64,000 bases of DNA from assembly GCA_965204745.1 (NCBI GenBank), contig OZ242010.1, positions 2,592,001-2,656,000 of the forward strand, read 5' to 3'. The stretch is from Candidatus Latescibacterota bacterium. GTDB taxonomy: Bacteria; Latescibacterota; UBA2968. Below, piece by piece: positions 1-8,976 of this stretch (its first letter is position 1; the number at the start of each line of letters is the position of its first letter). The position numbers were made by a program, and so were the translations under genes. The notes beneath the pieces are model-generated. The model had not been told where the DNA came from. It saw only the letters and a program-made list of their open reading frames with translations, and made no database searches.

Positions 1-2837
1 GCAGCGCGACCGTGTCCGGTGTGGCGCGCAACGCCCAAGGCGCGGGCAGTGTGACCGGGGTGACTTTGACGCTGACGGACGATGACGATGCGCCGGACGT
101 GACGATGGTTGTATCGCCTGCGTCAATTTCAGAGAACGGCGCGATTTCGACGGTGACCGCGACCCTGTCTCACACGTCGAGCGCGGCGACGACGGTCACG
201 GTTTCCGTGCCTACATCATCCGACTACACATTGAGCACGGCGACCACGCTGACCGTCGCGGCGGGCGAGACGACGAGCACGGGCACCGTGACGATCACGA
301 CGGTGGACAACAGCATATCTTCGGGGAACAAGACGGTGACCGTGACGAGTACGGTAGGCAACAGCGTGGGCACGGGATCGGTCACTGATGCGACGCTGAC
401 GATTATCGATGACGAAGTGGCGCAGGTGATGTTGATTTTGTCTCCGGCGTCGATTGCAGAGACTGGCGCGGTTTCAACAGTAACGGCGACGCTAAATCGC
501 CCCGAGAACGCGGCGACGACGATCACGGTTTCAGCGATGGCTGTGTCGCCTGCGGATGCGAATGACTTCATGCTATCGAGCACGAACACGTTGACTATCG
601 CGGCGAGTGCGACGACGAGCACGGGCACCGTGACGATCACAGCGGTGAACGACATGACCGATGCGCCGGACAAGGAAGTGACCGTGTCTGCAACGGTGCA
701 GGGTGGCAATATGGCGTCGCTATCGTCTGCCGTGACATTGACGATCACAGACGATGAGGCCGCGCCGACGGTGACGCTGTCGCTGTCACCCGCGTCGATT
801 TCGGAGGCGAGCGGTGTTTCGACGATCACGGCAACCCTGTCGCATCGGTCAAGCGCGGCAATGACGATCACAGTGCGCCCTGTGGCGGGTGCTTATACCG
901 TGGGGTCGGATTCGACGATCACCATCGCGGCCGGGAGCACGGCGAACGCGACGGACACCGTGGTCATTACAGCGGTGAACAACACCCAAGACGAGCCTGA
1001 TCGCAGCGAGACCGTGTCCGTTGTGGCACGCAACGCCCATAGCACGGGCAGTGTGACCGAGGCGACCTTGACGCTGGAGGACGATGACGCCGCGCCGGAC
1101 GTGACACTAATGCTGTCGCCCGCGTCTATCTCGGAGGCCGGCGGCATGAGCACGGTGAGCGCGACGCTGACACACCCGTCGAGCGCGGCGACAACGATCA
1201 CGGTGCGCCCGGTGGCGAATGCCTACACAGTGGGGTCGGATTCGACGATCACCATCGCGGCCGGGAGCACGACGAACGCGACGGACACAGTAGAGATCAC
1301 AGCGGTGGACAACACCCAAGACGCGCCTAATCGCAATGTGACCGTGTCCGGTGTAGCGAACAACGACCAAGGCGCGGGCAGTGTGACCGGCGCGGCTTTG
1401 ACGATCACAGACGATGACGCGGCCCCGGACGTGACGATGATGGTGGCACCGGCGTTGATTTCTGAAGCTGGCGCGGTTTCGACCGTGACAGCGACCCTCT
1501 CGCACCCATCGAGCGCGGCGACGACGATCACGGTTTCCGCGTCGGCTGTGTCGCCTGCGGTTCCGGGCGACTTCACGCTATCGGGCACGGCCACGCTGAC
1601 CGTCGCGGCGGGCGCGACGACGAGCACGGGCACCGTGACGATCACGACGGTGGACAACAGCATGTCTTCGGGGAACAAGACGGTGACCGTGTCGGCGAGC
1701 ACGGTGGGCAACAGCATAGGCACGGGATCGGTCACTGATGCGACGCTGACGATTATCGATGACGACGTGGCACAGGTGACGTTGGTTTTGTCTCCGGCGT
1801 CGATTTCTGAGGCAGGCGCGGTTTCAACAGTAACGGCAACGCTAAATCGCACCGTGACCGCGGCGACGACGATCACGGTTTCAGCGATGGCTGTGTCCCC
1901 TGCGGTTGCGGGCGATTTCACGCTATCGAGCACGAACACGCTGACCGTCGCGGCGAGTGTGACGACGAGCACGGGCACCGTGACGATCACATCGGTGAAT
2001 AATACGACCGATGCACCGGACAAGCGCGTGACCGTGGCTGCAACGGTGGCAGGTGGCAATGGGGCGTCGCTATCGTCTGCCGTGACCCTGACGATCACAG
2101 ACGATGACGCCGCGCCGACCGTGACGTTGGTACTGATGCCCTCGTCCATCTCGGAAAACGCCGAGGTTTCCACGATCACGGCGACCCTATCGCATCCATC
2201 GAGCGCGGTTACGACGATCACGGTCTCTGCTACGCCTGTGTCCCCTGCAACTGCGAGCGACTTCACGCTATCGAGTGCAGACACGCTGATCATCGCGGCG
2301 ACGGCCACAACGAGCACGGACACCGTGACGATCACCGCCGTGGACAACCCCGACCAGGCGGACGATAAGACGGTCACGGTGTCTGCAACCGCAAACAATG
2401 CCCAAGGCATCACCGCACCCTCACCCGTGACCCTGACCCTGACCGATGACGACGCACCGAGTGCCAACTTGGATGTGGATGGCGATGGCCGGGTGAGATT
2501 GTTCTCGGATATAATCCTGGTCATTCGATATGTCCTCTTCTTCCGGGAAGAGGCCCTCCTCAGAGGGAACGTCATCGAGCCAACTGCCACGCGCATGACC
2601 GCTCAAGAAATTGAACCCTACCTCGACACGTTGGTCAATCAGAACATTCTCGATGTGGATGGCGATGGCGATGTGAGGCTGTTCTCGGATATAATCCTGA
2701 TCATTCGATACGTCCTCTTCTTCCGGAACGAGGCCCTCGTCAGAGGGAACGTCATCGAGCAAAATGCTACGCGCACGACCGCTCAAGCCATTGAACCCTA
2801 CATCCGAAGCCTCTATCCCGACTCCCACTTCCAATGA
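1..2837 (+). CDS. Giant secreted adhesin-like protein, 5'-truncated by the window edge; Calx-beta/Ig-like repeats plus a duplicated C-terminal dockerin/EF-hand-like domain
   Basis: Thr/Ser/Val-rich ~110-aa repeats ending LTITDDD; two C-terminal repeats LDVDGDGxVRLFSDIILxIRYVLFFR; 3' end near-identical to the genes ending at 21714 and 35638. Confidence 0.85.
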   Translation, partial: SATVSGVARNAQGAGSVTGVTLTLTDDDDAPDVTMVVSPASISENGAISTVTATLSHTSSAATTVTVSVPTSSDYTLSTATTLTVAAGETTSTGTVTITTVDNSISSGNKTVTVTSTVGNSVGTGSVTDATLTIIDDEVAQVMLILSPASIAETGAVSTVTATLNRPENAATTITVSAMAVSPADANDFMLSSTNTLTIAASATTSTGTVTITAVNDMTDAPDKEVTVSATVQGGNMASLSSAVTLTITDDEAAPTVTLSLSPASISEASGVSTITATLSHRSSAAMTITVRPVAGAYTVGSDSTITIAAGSTANATDTVVITAVNNTQDEPDRSETVSVVARNAHSTGSVTEATLTLEDDDAAPDVTLMLSPASISEAGGMSTVSATLTHPSSAATTITVRPVANAYTVGSDSTITIAAGSTTNATDTVEITAVDNTQDAPNRNVTVSGVANNDQGAGSVTGAALTITDDDAAPDVTMMVAPALISEAGAVSTVTATLSHPSSAATTITVSASAVSPAVPGDFTLSGTATLTVAAGATTSTGTVTITTVDNSMSSGNKTVTVSASTVGNSIGTGSVTDATLTIIDDDVAQVTLVLSPASISEAGAVSTVTATLNRTVTAATTITVSAMAVSPAVAGDFTLSSTNTLTVAASVTTSTGTVTITSVNNTTDAPDKRVTVAATVAGGNGASLSSAVTLTITDDDAAPTVTLVLMPSSISENAEVSTITATLSHPSSAVTTITVSATPVSPATASDFTLSSADTLIIAATATTSTDTVTITAVDNPDQADDKTVTVSATANNAQGITAPSPVTLTLTDDDAPSANLDVDGDGRVRLFSDIILVIRYVLFFREEALLRGNVIEPTATRMTAQEIEPYLDTLVNQNILDVDGDGDVRLFSDIILIIRYVLFFRNEALVRGNVIEQNATRTTAQAIEPYIRSLYPDSHFQ

Positions 2838-3028
2838 AAGTCTGTTCCCTGACCGCCACAGATGGCAATGGCGATGGCAATGCGAATTTCGCCGACTTCT
2901 TGACCTTTGCCAGCAAGTTCGGCTCGCGGCCCGGTCAGGAGCGATATGACACCCGGTGCGATCTCAATGGCGATGGTCAAATTGACTCTGCCGATTTCTT
3001 CATCTTCGCCGCCGACTTTGGCACCTAA
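2834..3028 (+). CDS. Small stand-alone double EF-hand/dockerin-like ORF
   Basis: DGNGDGNANFADFLTFASKFG...DLNGDGQIDSADFFIFAADFG; ATGA overlap with the upstream stop; paralog at 35447-35641. Confidence 0.55.
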   Translation: MKVCSLTATDGNGDGNANFADFLTFASKFGSRPGQERYDTRCDLNGDGQIDSADFFIFAADFGT

Positions 3029-3058
3029 GGCTGACAACTGCGAAAGATGCGAAAAAAC

Positions 3059-3097
3059 AAAAGCCCGGGTTCACAGGGAACTCGGGCTTTACTTTTT
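3059..3097 (+). terminator. Intrinsic terminator hairpin of the adhesin cassette
   Basis: AAAGCCCGGGTTC-acagg-GAACTCGGGCTTT followed by a T-rich tract; copies at ~21476-21515 and ~35387-35425. Confidence 0.7.
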
Positions 3098-3105
3098 GGA
3101 ATTGG

Positions 3106-3311
3106 GACCTACCCCCTAGCCCCGTTACTCGCTACGCTTCGTTGTAGGCTACGCCTGTGCCTACGAGGAAGGGGGAAATGGCGAGAGGTTTTTTTGGGGT
3201 TCATGGCGTGATTCATTCGCTCAAAGCCATCAGAACAGCCAGGGATACAAACCTTCAAAAAGCCATGCGCTCCCCCTTTCCTTGTAGGAAAGGGGGCCGG
3301 GGGGATAGGTC
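3106..3311 (+). repeat. ~200-bp MITE/REPIN-like element with hairpin arms
   Basis: Imperfect terminal inverted repeats GACCTACCCCC...GGGGATAGGTC; CCTTTCCT..AGGAAAGG hairpin; several copies in the window. Confidence 0.8.
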
Positions 3312-3547
3312 TCTATGGCGACAGGGCATGCGAAGGACACAGCGGAGTGGGAAGGACGAAGCGGCGGCAGGGATGTGTGGGGTAATCCGCGTAATCTGCG
3401 TAATCCGTTTAATCCGCGATTCAGACACGGTGGGACGGGATGGGCACGCATCAGGTGCTAAAAACGGTTGATTTATTTTTTTCGCATCGTAGATTTAGGC
3501 GATGCTAATTTTTTGTGTTCTGCCGTTACGTGATCAATGGCCCGACC

Positions 3548-4318
3548 ATGACCCGGTTATTCGCATTTCTCGGCGGGCAACTCGCCGAGTTCTTCATTCA
3601 GAATTTTCAGATGTTCCGCCATTTCGTGCAGTGCTTGGCGGAGCTGTGGCACATCTATCTGTATCGACAGCAGATTCTCGCGCAGTGTTATACCATTGGC
3701 GTTGGGTCTTTGTCCTTGGTCTGTCTGATTTCGGCTTTTAGCGGCATGGCGGTCGCCATTCAGACCGCGTACCAGATGGAAGAGTACGTGCCCGATTACA
3801 TGGTTGGCGCGCTTATCGTGCGTTCCGTGATCTTGGTGTTGTCGCCGATTTTGATGGGGCTCGTGCTCGCGGGCCGGGTGGGCGCGGGCGTTGCGTCGGA
3901 GGTCGGCACGATGAAGGTTTCAGAGCAAGTCGACGCGCTCACGTCTTTGGCGGTCGATCCGGTGGGCTATCTCATGTTGCCTCGGGTGGTCGCGGGCGTG
4001 TTCATGCTTCCGGTTCTCGTGGTGTATTCTTTTCTCGTGGCGATTGCGTGCGGGTTTGTCATGTCGATCATCAGGATGGACATTACGCCCTCGGATTTGA
4101 TCAAGGGCATGAAACTCTATTTTCAACTTTACGACGTTTTTGTCGGGTTGGTTAAATCGGCTGTTTACGGCGGGTTGCTGGCGTTTATGGGGGCTTATAT
4201 GGGCCTTTGCACGCAAGGGGGCGCGCAGGGCGTTGGACGGGCTGCCACGGCCGCGGTCGTGGTTTCTTCCGCGCTCATTCTCATTCTCGATTATTTTCTC
4301 ACCCACGCGCTGTTGTGA
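3548..4318 (+). CDS. mlaE: MlaE-family ABC transporter permease
   Basis: Motifs AGRVGAGVASEVGTMKVSEQVDAL and GGAQGVGRAAT; multiple TM helices; start codon estimated. Confidence 0.9.
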   Translation: MTRLFAFLGGQLAEFFIQNFQMFRHFVQCLAELWHIYLYRQQILAQCYTIGVGSLSLVCLISAFSGMAVAIQTAYQMEEYVPDYMVGALIVRSVILVLSPILMGLVLAGRVGAGVASEVGTMKVSEQVDALTSLAVDPVGYLMLPRVVAGVFMLPVLVVYSFLVAIACGFVMSIIRMDITPSDLIKGMKLYFQLYDVFVGLVKSAVYGGLLAFMGAYMGLCTQGGAQGVGRAATAAVVVSSALILILDYFLTHALL

Positions 4319-5067
4319 TGACCAAAAAAACAAAAACGGCCATTGCGTTTTCCGGGGTGTTCAAGTCATTTGACGGGCATCCCGTGCTCAAGGGATTGCA
4401 CCTCCAGATCCCTCGGGGTGGGATTACGACCATTTTGGGGCCGAGTGGCTGCGGCAAAAGCGTGACCCTGAAGCACGTAATCGGCATCGAGCGGGCGGAT
4501 AGGGGCGAGGTCGTTGTGGATGGGCACGACATGGGGCGCATCCGCCGGCGCGAACTGATCGCACTGCGGAAGCGCATCGGGTTTTTATTTCAATCTTCGG
4601 CCCTGTTCGATTCGATGACGGTGAAGGAAAATGTGGCATTCGGGTTGCGGATGCACACCAAGATGGGCGAAGGGGAAATCGCAGAGCGGGTACACGTCTG
4701 CTTGGACGCGGTGCGACTGGCGGGCATCGAGGCCAAGATGCCGGTCGAATTGTCCGGCGGCATGAAAAAACGCGCGGCCCTGGCGCGGGCCATTGCCATG
4801 CAACCGGATTTTATTTTGTACGATGAACCCACAACCGGGCTGGATCCCAACACGTCTAGCGTGGTGGGCGACTACATTCTCAAATTGCAATCGGAACTCG
4901 ACGTGACCTCTGTGGTCGTCACGCACGACATGCCCTTGGCGCGGCGCGTGTCGGACCATCTCGCCCTGCTCTACGATGGCGAGGCGGTGGTGCAGGGGTC
5001 GCTGGCCGAGGTCGAAGCGACGGGCAACGCGGTGTTTGAACGCTTTATTCAAGGCAGGTTGGGATAA
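4318..5067 (+). CDS. mlaF: MlaF/Mkl ABC transporter ATP-binding protein
   Basis: Walker A GPSGCGKS, signature LSGGMKKR, Walker B ILYDEP; operon context. Confidence 0.92.
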   Translation: MTKKTKTAIAFSGVFKSFDGHPVLKGLHLQIPRGGITTILGPSGCGKSVTLKHVIGIERADRGEVVVDGHDMGRIRRRELIALRKRIGFLFQSSALFDSMTVKENVAFGLRMHTKMGEGEIAERVHVCLDAVRLAGIEAKMPVELSGGMKKRAALARAIAMQPDFILYDEPTTGLDPNTSSVVGDYILKLQSELDVTSVVVTHDMPLARRVSDHLALLYDGEAVVQGSLAEVEATGNAVFERFIQGRLG

Positions 5068-5969
5068 TGGGCAATCGCGAGCGAGAAATTCTTTTGGGCG
5101 CGGTCATCTTTTTTTCTGTCGTTATTTTGGTGGTCGGCACGTTGTGGCTTTCGGATCGGTATGCGGGCGCCGCGGGCGGGTATCGCCTCCACGTCAAGTT
5201 CGACAGGGTGCCGGGCCTGCAAGTGGGCAATCCGGTGACGTTTCGCGGGGTGCGCGTGGGCAAGGTGCTGGCGATTTTTTTGGACGAAGGCCGACCGGTT
5301 GCCGCGCTCGGGTTTTCCGAGGTGGCTGATTTGCCAGTGGATTCGCGGTTTCTGCTCAAGTCCGATGGCTTGCTCGGGGGGCAGATGATCGAGGTGCATT
5401 TGGGGCAGTCCGAGCAACATCTCGCGGATGGCGCGGTCGTGCATGGCATTTCCGATTCGGGTCTCGATGCGGTGGTGGCCCAAGGCGAGCAGACGATTGA
5501 GCACTTGCGCGGGGCCATTGACAGCATTGCCAGCGCGGACAATCTCGCGCATCTCAACAGCATGCTCGCGCGCGTCGATACCACCACTCGGCATCTCAAC
5601 CGGCTGTTGAGCGATCCAAAACTCGAGGCGATGATCGACAGCTTGGCATTGGCCGCAGACGATACCCGCGCGTTGATGCGGGATAACCGCGAAACGTTGA
5701 CCCTTGCCGTGACCGACTTGGCCGCGACCTTGGCGACGCTCGCACGGGTTTCCGCGCAGGTGGAGACGACTGCGGTTGCGTTGCAAAAGACATTTGCCAA
5801 CCTCGATACCATTTCCGCGCAAATACGCGCTGGGCACGGCACGGTTGGGCGGCTGGTTCACGACGATGCGGTGTACGAGCATTTGGGCCGCACGCTGACG
5901 TCTGTGGACAGCCTGGTGGAAGACATTCGGCGCAATCCCAAACGCTATTTCAGCTTCAGTGTTTTTTGA
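5067..5969 (+). CDS. mlaD: MlaD/MCE-family protein
   Basis: N-terminal TM helix, GLQVGNPVTFRGVRVGKV MCE motif, helical extension ending DIRRNPKRYF. Confidence 0.9.
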   Translation: MGNREREILLGAVIFFSVVILVVGTLWLSDRYAGAAGGYRLHVKFDRVPGLQVGNPVTFRGVRVGKVLAIFLDEGRPVAALGFSEVADLPVDSRFLLKSDGLLGGQMIEVHLGQSEQHLADGAVVHGISDSGLDAVVAQGEQTIEHLRGAIDSIASADNLAHLNSMLARVDTTTRHLNRLLSDPKLEAMIDSLALAADDTRALMRDNRETLTLAVTDLAATLATLARVSAQVETTAVALQKTFANLDTISAQIRAGHGTVGRLVHDDAVYEHLGRTLTSVDSLVEDIRRNPKRYFSFSVF

Positions 5970-5979
5970 GGAGATCAGC

Positions 5980-6861
5980 ATGGTCAGGTGGATTTTGCTT
6001 TTGCTCGTTGCCATCGTTGCCACGGTCTCGGCGACCGATCTGATGTGGTTGCATTGGCAAAACGATGACGCCATCTCCTTTGGGGGATTTGTCGCCGAGA
6101 TGCGGGCGGTCAAAGCCATTGCGGAAACAGACGACGCGCCCGCGCGCATCGTGTACGGAGACCGACAGGGCGTGGTTCACATGTTGGAGATGCAAGACGG
6201 GCGTTTTCGGGAGGTGTGGAACAGCCCCCCGCTGCGGGCGGCGATTTCAGAGGTTTTCGTGCTGGATATCGATGTGGATGACGAACTCGAGATCGTGGCC
6301 TACACCGAGTCGGGCGATATCGCGTTTTATCGCGCCAGCGATTTTCAGCAACTCTGGCGAAGTACGGACGATGAGTTTGCCTCTGTGTCTGCGATGGTCA
6401 TTGAAAATATCGACGACGATCCGCAACTCGAGTTGGTGTTTTGCGGCGAGGATGTGGCAGACACGCGAAATTATCGGGCGCCGGGCGGGGTGCGCGACAA
6501 TGCCGATCAAGAGCGCGCATCGCAAGTGGGCCGCCTGTTCGTGTTCGATAGCAAAAATCTGTTTTTGGAATGGCGCAGCGAGCAAGGGCTGTGGGGCGGA
6601 AGTATGGCGGTGGGCGATCTCGACGACGATGGCGAACTCGAGATCGCGCTCAATACGGGTTTTGTCATCGACGCCACTTACCAGCGCGTGGAGTGGGAAT
6701 ACCGCGGGGGCTTTGGCGAGAAGGTCGGGTACGCGGACCTCGATGGGGATGGCATCCCCGAATTGATCGGCGAATATTACAACGCGACTCGCCCGCGGCG
6801 GTTTATTCGCATTTTTGATGTGGATCTGCAATCCGAAAGTTTTCTCAGTTCCGGCAGATAA
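5980..6861 (+). CDS. Secreted FG-GAP/VCBS-repeat beta-propeller protein
   Basis: Signal-like N-terminus; repeated DxDxDGxxE[IL] motifs. Confidence 0.7.
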   Translation: MVRWILLLLVAIVATVSATDLMWLHWQNDDAISFGGFVAEMRAVKAIAETDDAPARIVYGDRQGVVHMLEMQDGRFREVWNSPPLRAAISEVFVLDIDVDDELEIVAYTESGDIAFYRASDFQQLWRSTDDEFASVSAMVIENIDDDPQLELVFCGEDVADTRNYRAPGGVRDNADQERASQVGRLFVFDSKNLFLEWRSEQGLWGGSMAVGDLDDDGELEIALNTGFVIDATYQRVEWEYRGGFGEKVGYADLDGDGIPELIGEYYNATRPRRFIRIFDVDLQSESFLSSGR

Positions 6862-6921
6862 GTGCTTGACGCCCTTTGGCAAAATGGGTAACTTGTCTGC
6901 CAACCAAAAAAGCTATCCGGT

Positions 6922-6998
6922 CGGAGCGTAGCGCAGCTCGGTAGCGCACCATCTTGGGGTGATGGGGGTCGCTGGTTCAAATCCAGTCGCTCCGACCA
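6922..6998 (+). tRNA. tRNA-Pro(GGG)
   Basis: CGGAGCG/CGCTCCG acceptor stem, CCATC-TTGGGGT-GATGG anticodon arm, GGTTCAAATCC T-arm, encoded CCA. Confidence 0.97.
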
Positions 6999-7007
6999 TA
7001 AAACAGC

Positions 7008-7041
7008 GGGGGCTATGCAACGCGGCATAGCCCCTTGTTTT
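7008..7041 (+). terminator. Terminator after tRNA-Pro
   Basis: GGGGCTATGC...GCATAGCCCC followed by TTGTTTT. Confidence 0.7.
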
Positions 7042-7168
7042 GTACTTGCCAAACCGCGGATGATATGATAGATAAAGACAACCTTTTCACAATCCGCCAC
7101 ACAAGGGTAAAAAAAATGTTCGAATCATCGAAGTTGTCGCCACATTTCCTCGAAAGGAGCGTTGTGCC

Positions 7169-8881
7169 ATGTTAGATACGTTTTCAAGCGACATAACCGC
7201 CCATGCGAATAAGTTGCGCTGCGCCGCGGTCTTTGCGTTTATGGATCTCGACTATATCCAAACAGTGGTCAAACGCGCGGTTCTTTCACACAAGAAGGCG
7301 GCGAAAGAAGCGCGAGAGATGTTCGAGTCCGCAGTGAACAAACCTGGGTTGGTGAAAGTGTCCCGGTTTCCCAATCAGCCCTCAAAGGCGCCGCCGCCCT
7401 TTCTCGTAGAGCCGGTTTTGAAAGCCGTGATGCGGTCGGACAAGTTGGCGGGCGCGATTCTGAAAATCTGGGCAGAGTCCCACGAGGCACTCAACGAAGT
7501 GGTCGTGAAGCATCTGGGCAATTTGGCCATGCCGGCCGAGTATCCGGATTTTTCAGAGTTTCGATTTCGAAGTGCGTGGTTTAGCGATGCGTGGACGCGC
7601 GAGCGGGATAGTATTCTCGAGCAACACAGCGAGTTTAACAAAGACGATGTGGCCCTGATGCTGTGCTATGTGTCGGGCAAAATCCCCGGGCCTCGGGAAA
7701 GCGCGAAAAACGACGCGCTGTCTCGGTGTCTCAAATACATGCGGGCACTGCCGGCCAATGCGCCGGAATGGGAACGGGGGATTTCGGATTTTGTTGCAGA
7801 ACTCGAAGCCATCCGGAAGGTGAAATCAACGCAGCGCAGTCAAGCATCTGGTATTGACGTTGCGATTGGCGAGATCAAGGATGTGTTTTCGGGAACCTTG
7901 ACCTTTTTTCAGCGGGATGCCACGTCTTGGTCCGTGGCGCATCTGGATCCGGACGTGGACTTGGCTGACGCGCTGAAAGAGATAGAGAATTTGCAGTCGT
8001 TGCTGACCGAGTATCAACCCATTGCCGATATGGCTGCGATTTTGACCGAAGAGCGGGTGAGACGGCAGAAGCGGGTGGGGTTGGAGAATCGCATTTTGCC
8101 GGTTATGGATCGCATAGACGAACTGATGTGCGGGGATCCCGAGTCCGGGGAGGCCCTGCTGGCAGAATTGCGAGAGAGAAAAGAACAACCGGCAGCGGAT
8201 GAGAAGCGCGCTGATCAGCCGGATGACGACCCAGTTCCTGAACAGCCGGAGGAGAGCCGCAGGTTTTCGGATGAGGATTACGAGTCGTTGCAATCGGAAA
8301 ACCAACACCTCGGTCGCGAGGTCAAGTCGTTGCACGACAAGTTGCGCGAGGTTCAAAATGAGATGGAGAGTTGGCGCGTGGCCTATATTGAGGCGGCGAG
8401 CAAGGCGCCGGCAAGTGCAGACGAAGAAGAAACCCTGCCCATTGAGAACGTGCATGACGCTGTCGAACTCGCCAAAGAAAAGTACGGAGACGCGCTTTTG
8501 TTCCAACTCAATGCGAAGTCGCGGGTCGAAGACAATCCGTTCAGGCATCCCAAAGCCGTGTGGGACGCGCTGACCTGGCTGGCGACCACGTATTACGAGT
8601 ACCGCAAGGGCGAGCGCGAGTTGCCGAACATCGACCAGTCCGTGCGCGAAGCCTGTAGGTGGTGGTACAGAGGCCACCAGAGCAATATGACGATGAACAA
8701 GTACAAAGACTGGTACACCACCAAAGTCAATGGGCAGATTTGCTGGCTGCATACGCACATCGGCACGGGGCGCAACAAAAATGCGCGCTTCACCATTCGG
8801 ATCGGCTTTGACTGGGACAAGGACAGCGACCGCGTGATCGTGGGCTTCATCGGTCAACACCAACAGACGGATGCGACATGA
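7169..8881 (+). CDS. Hypothetical helical/coiled-coil protein with a possible C-terminal RelE-like fold
   Basis: Long ORF with AAGGAG RBS; C-terminal HIGTG...RIGFDWD...VIVGFIGQH pattern. Confidence 0.7.
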   Translation: MLDTFSSDITAHANKLRCAAVFAFMDLDYIQTVVKRAVLSHKKAAKEAREMFESAVNKPGLVKVSRFPNQPSKAPPPFLVEPVLKAVMRSDKLAGAILKIWAESHEALNEVVVKHLGNLAMPAEYPDFSEFRFRSAWFSDAWTRERDSILEQHSEFNKDDVALMLCYVSGKIPGPRESAKNDALSRCLKYMRALPANAPEWERGISDFVAELEAIRKVKSTQRSQASGIDVAIGEIKDVFSGTLTFFQRDATSWSVAHLDPDVDLADALKEIENLQSLLTEYQPIADMAAILTEERVRRQKRVGLENRILPVMDRIDELMCGDPESGEALLAELRERKEQPAADEKRADQPDDDPVPEQPEESRRFSDEDYESLQSENQHLGREVKSLHDKLREVQNEMESWRVAYIEAASKAPASADEEETLPIENVHDAVELAKEKYGDALLFQLNAKSRVEDNPFRHPKAVWDALTWLATTYYEYRKGERELPNIDQSVREACRWWYRGHQSNMTMNKYKDWYTTKVNGQICWLHTHIGTGRNKNARFTIRIGFDWDKDSDRVIVGFIGQHQQTDAT

Positions 8882-8883
8882 GG

Positions 8884-8961
8884 AAGGAAGAGGGGAGAGG
8901 CAAGAGGCAAGACGTAAGAGGCAAGAGGCAAGAGGCAAGAGGTAAGAGGCAAGAGGTAAGA
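8884..8961 (+). repeat. Heptamer tandem array (AAGAGGC/AAGAGGT)n, interrupted by IS110
   Basis: About 10 degenerate units; continues as AAGAGGGG after 10251. Confidence 0.9.
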
Positions 8962-8976
8962 TACTCTCTTAAAAGG

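Noticed and set aside
3106-3311. Integron attC sites
   Set aside because: No RYYYAAC...GTTRRRY boundaries, no integron integrase, and no same-strand cassette array
8958-8964. GTATCTT/AAGATAC as the IS110 core or a 7-bp target-site duplication
   Set aside because: The TCTT core fits better: all four guides then overlap the core, the right donor guide matches 8/8, the empty site restores the heptamer array and a junction promoter forms
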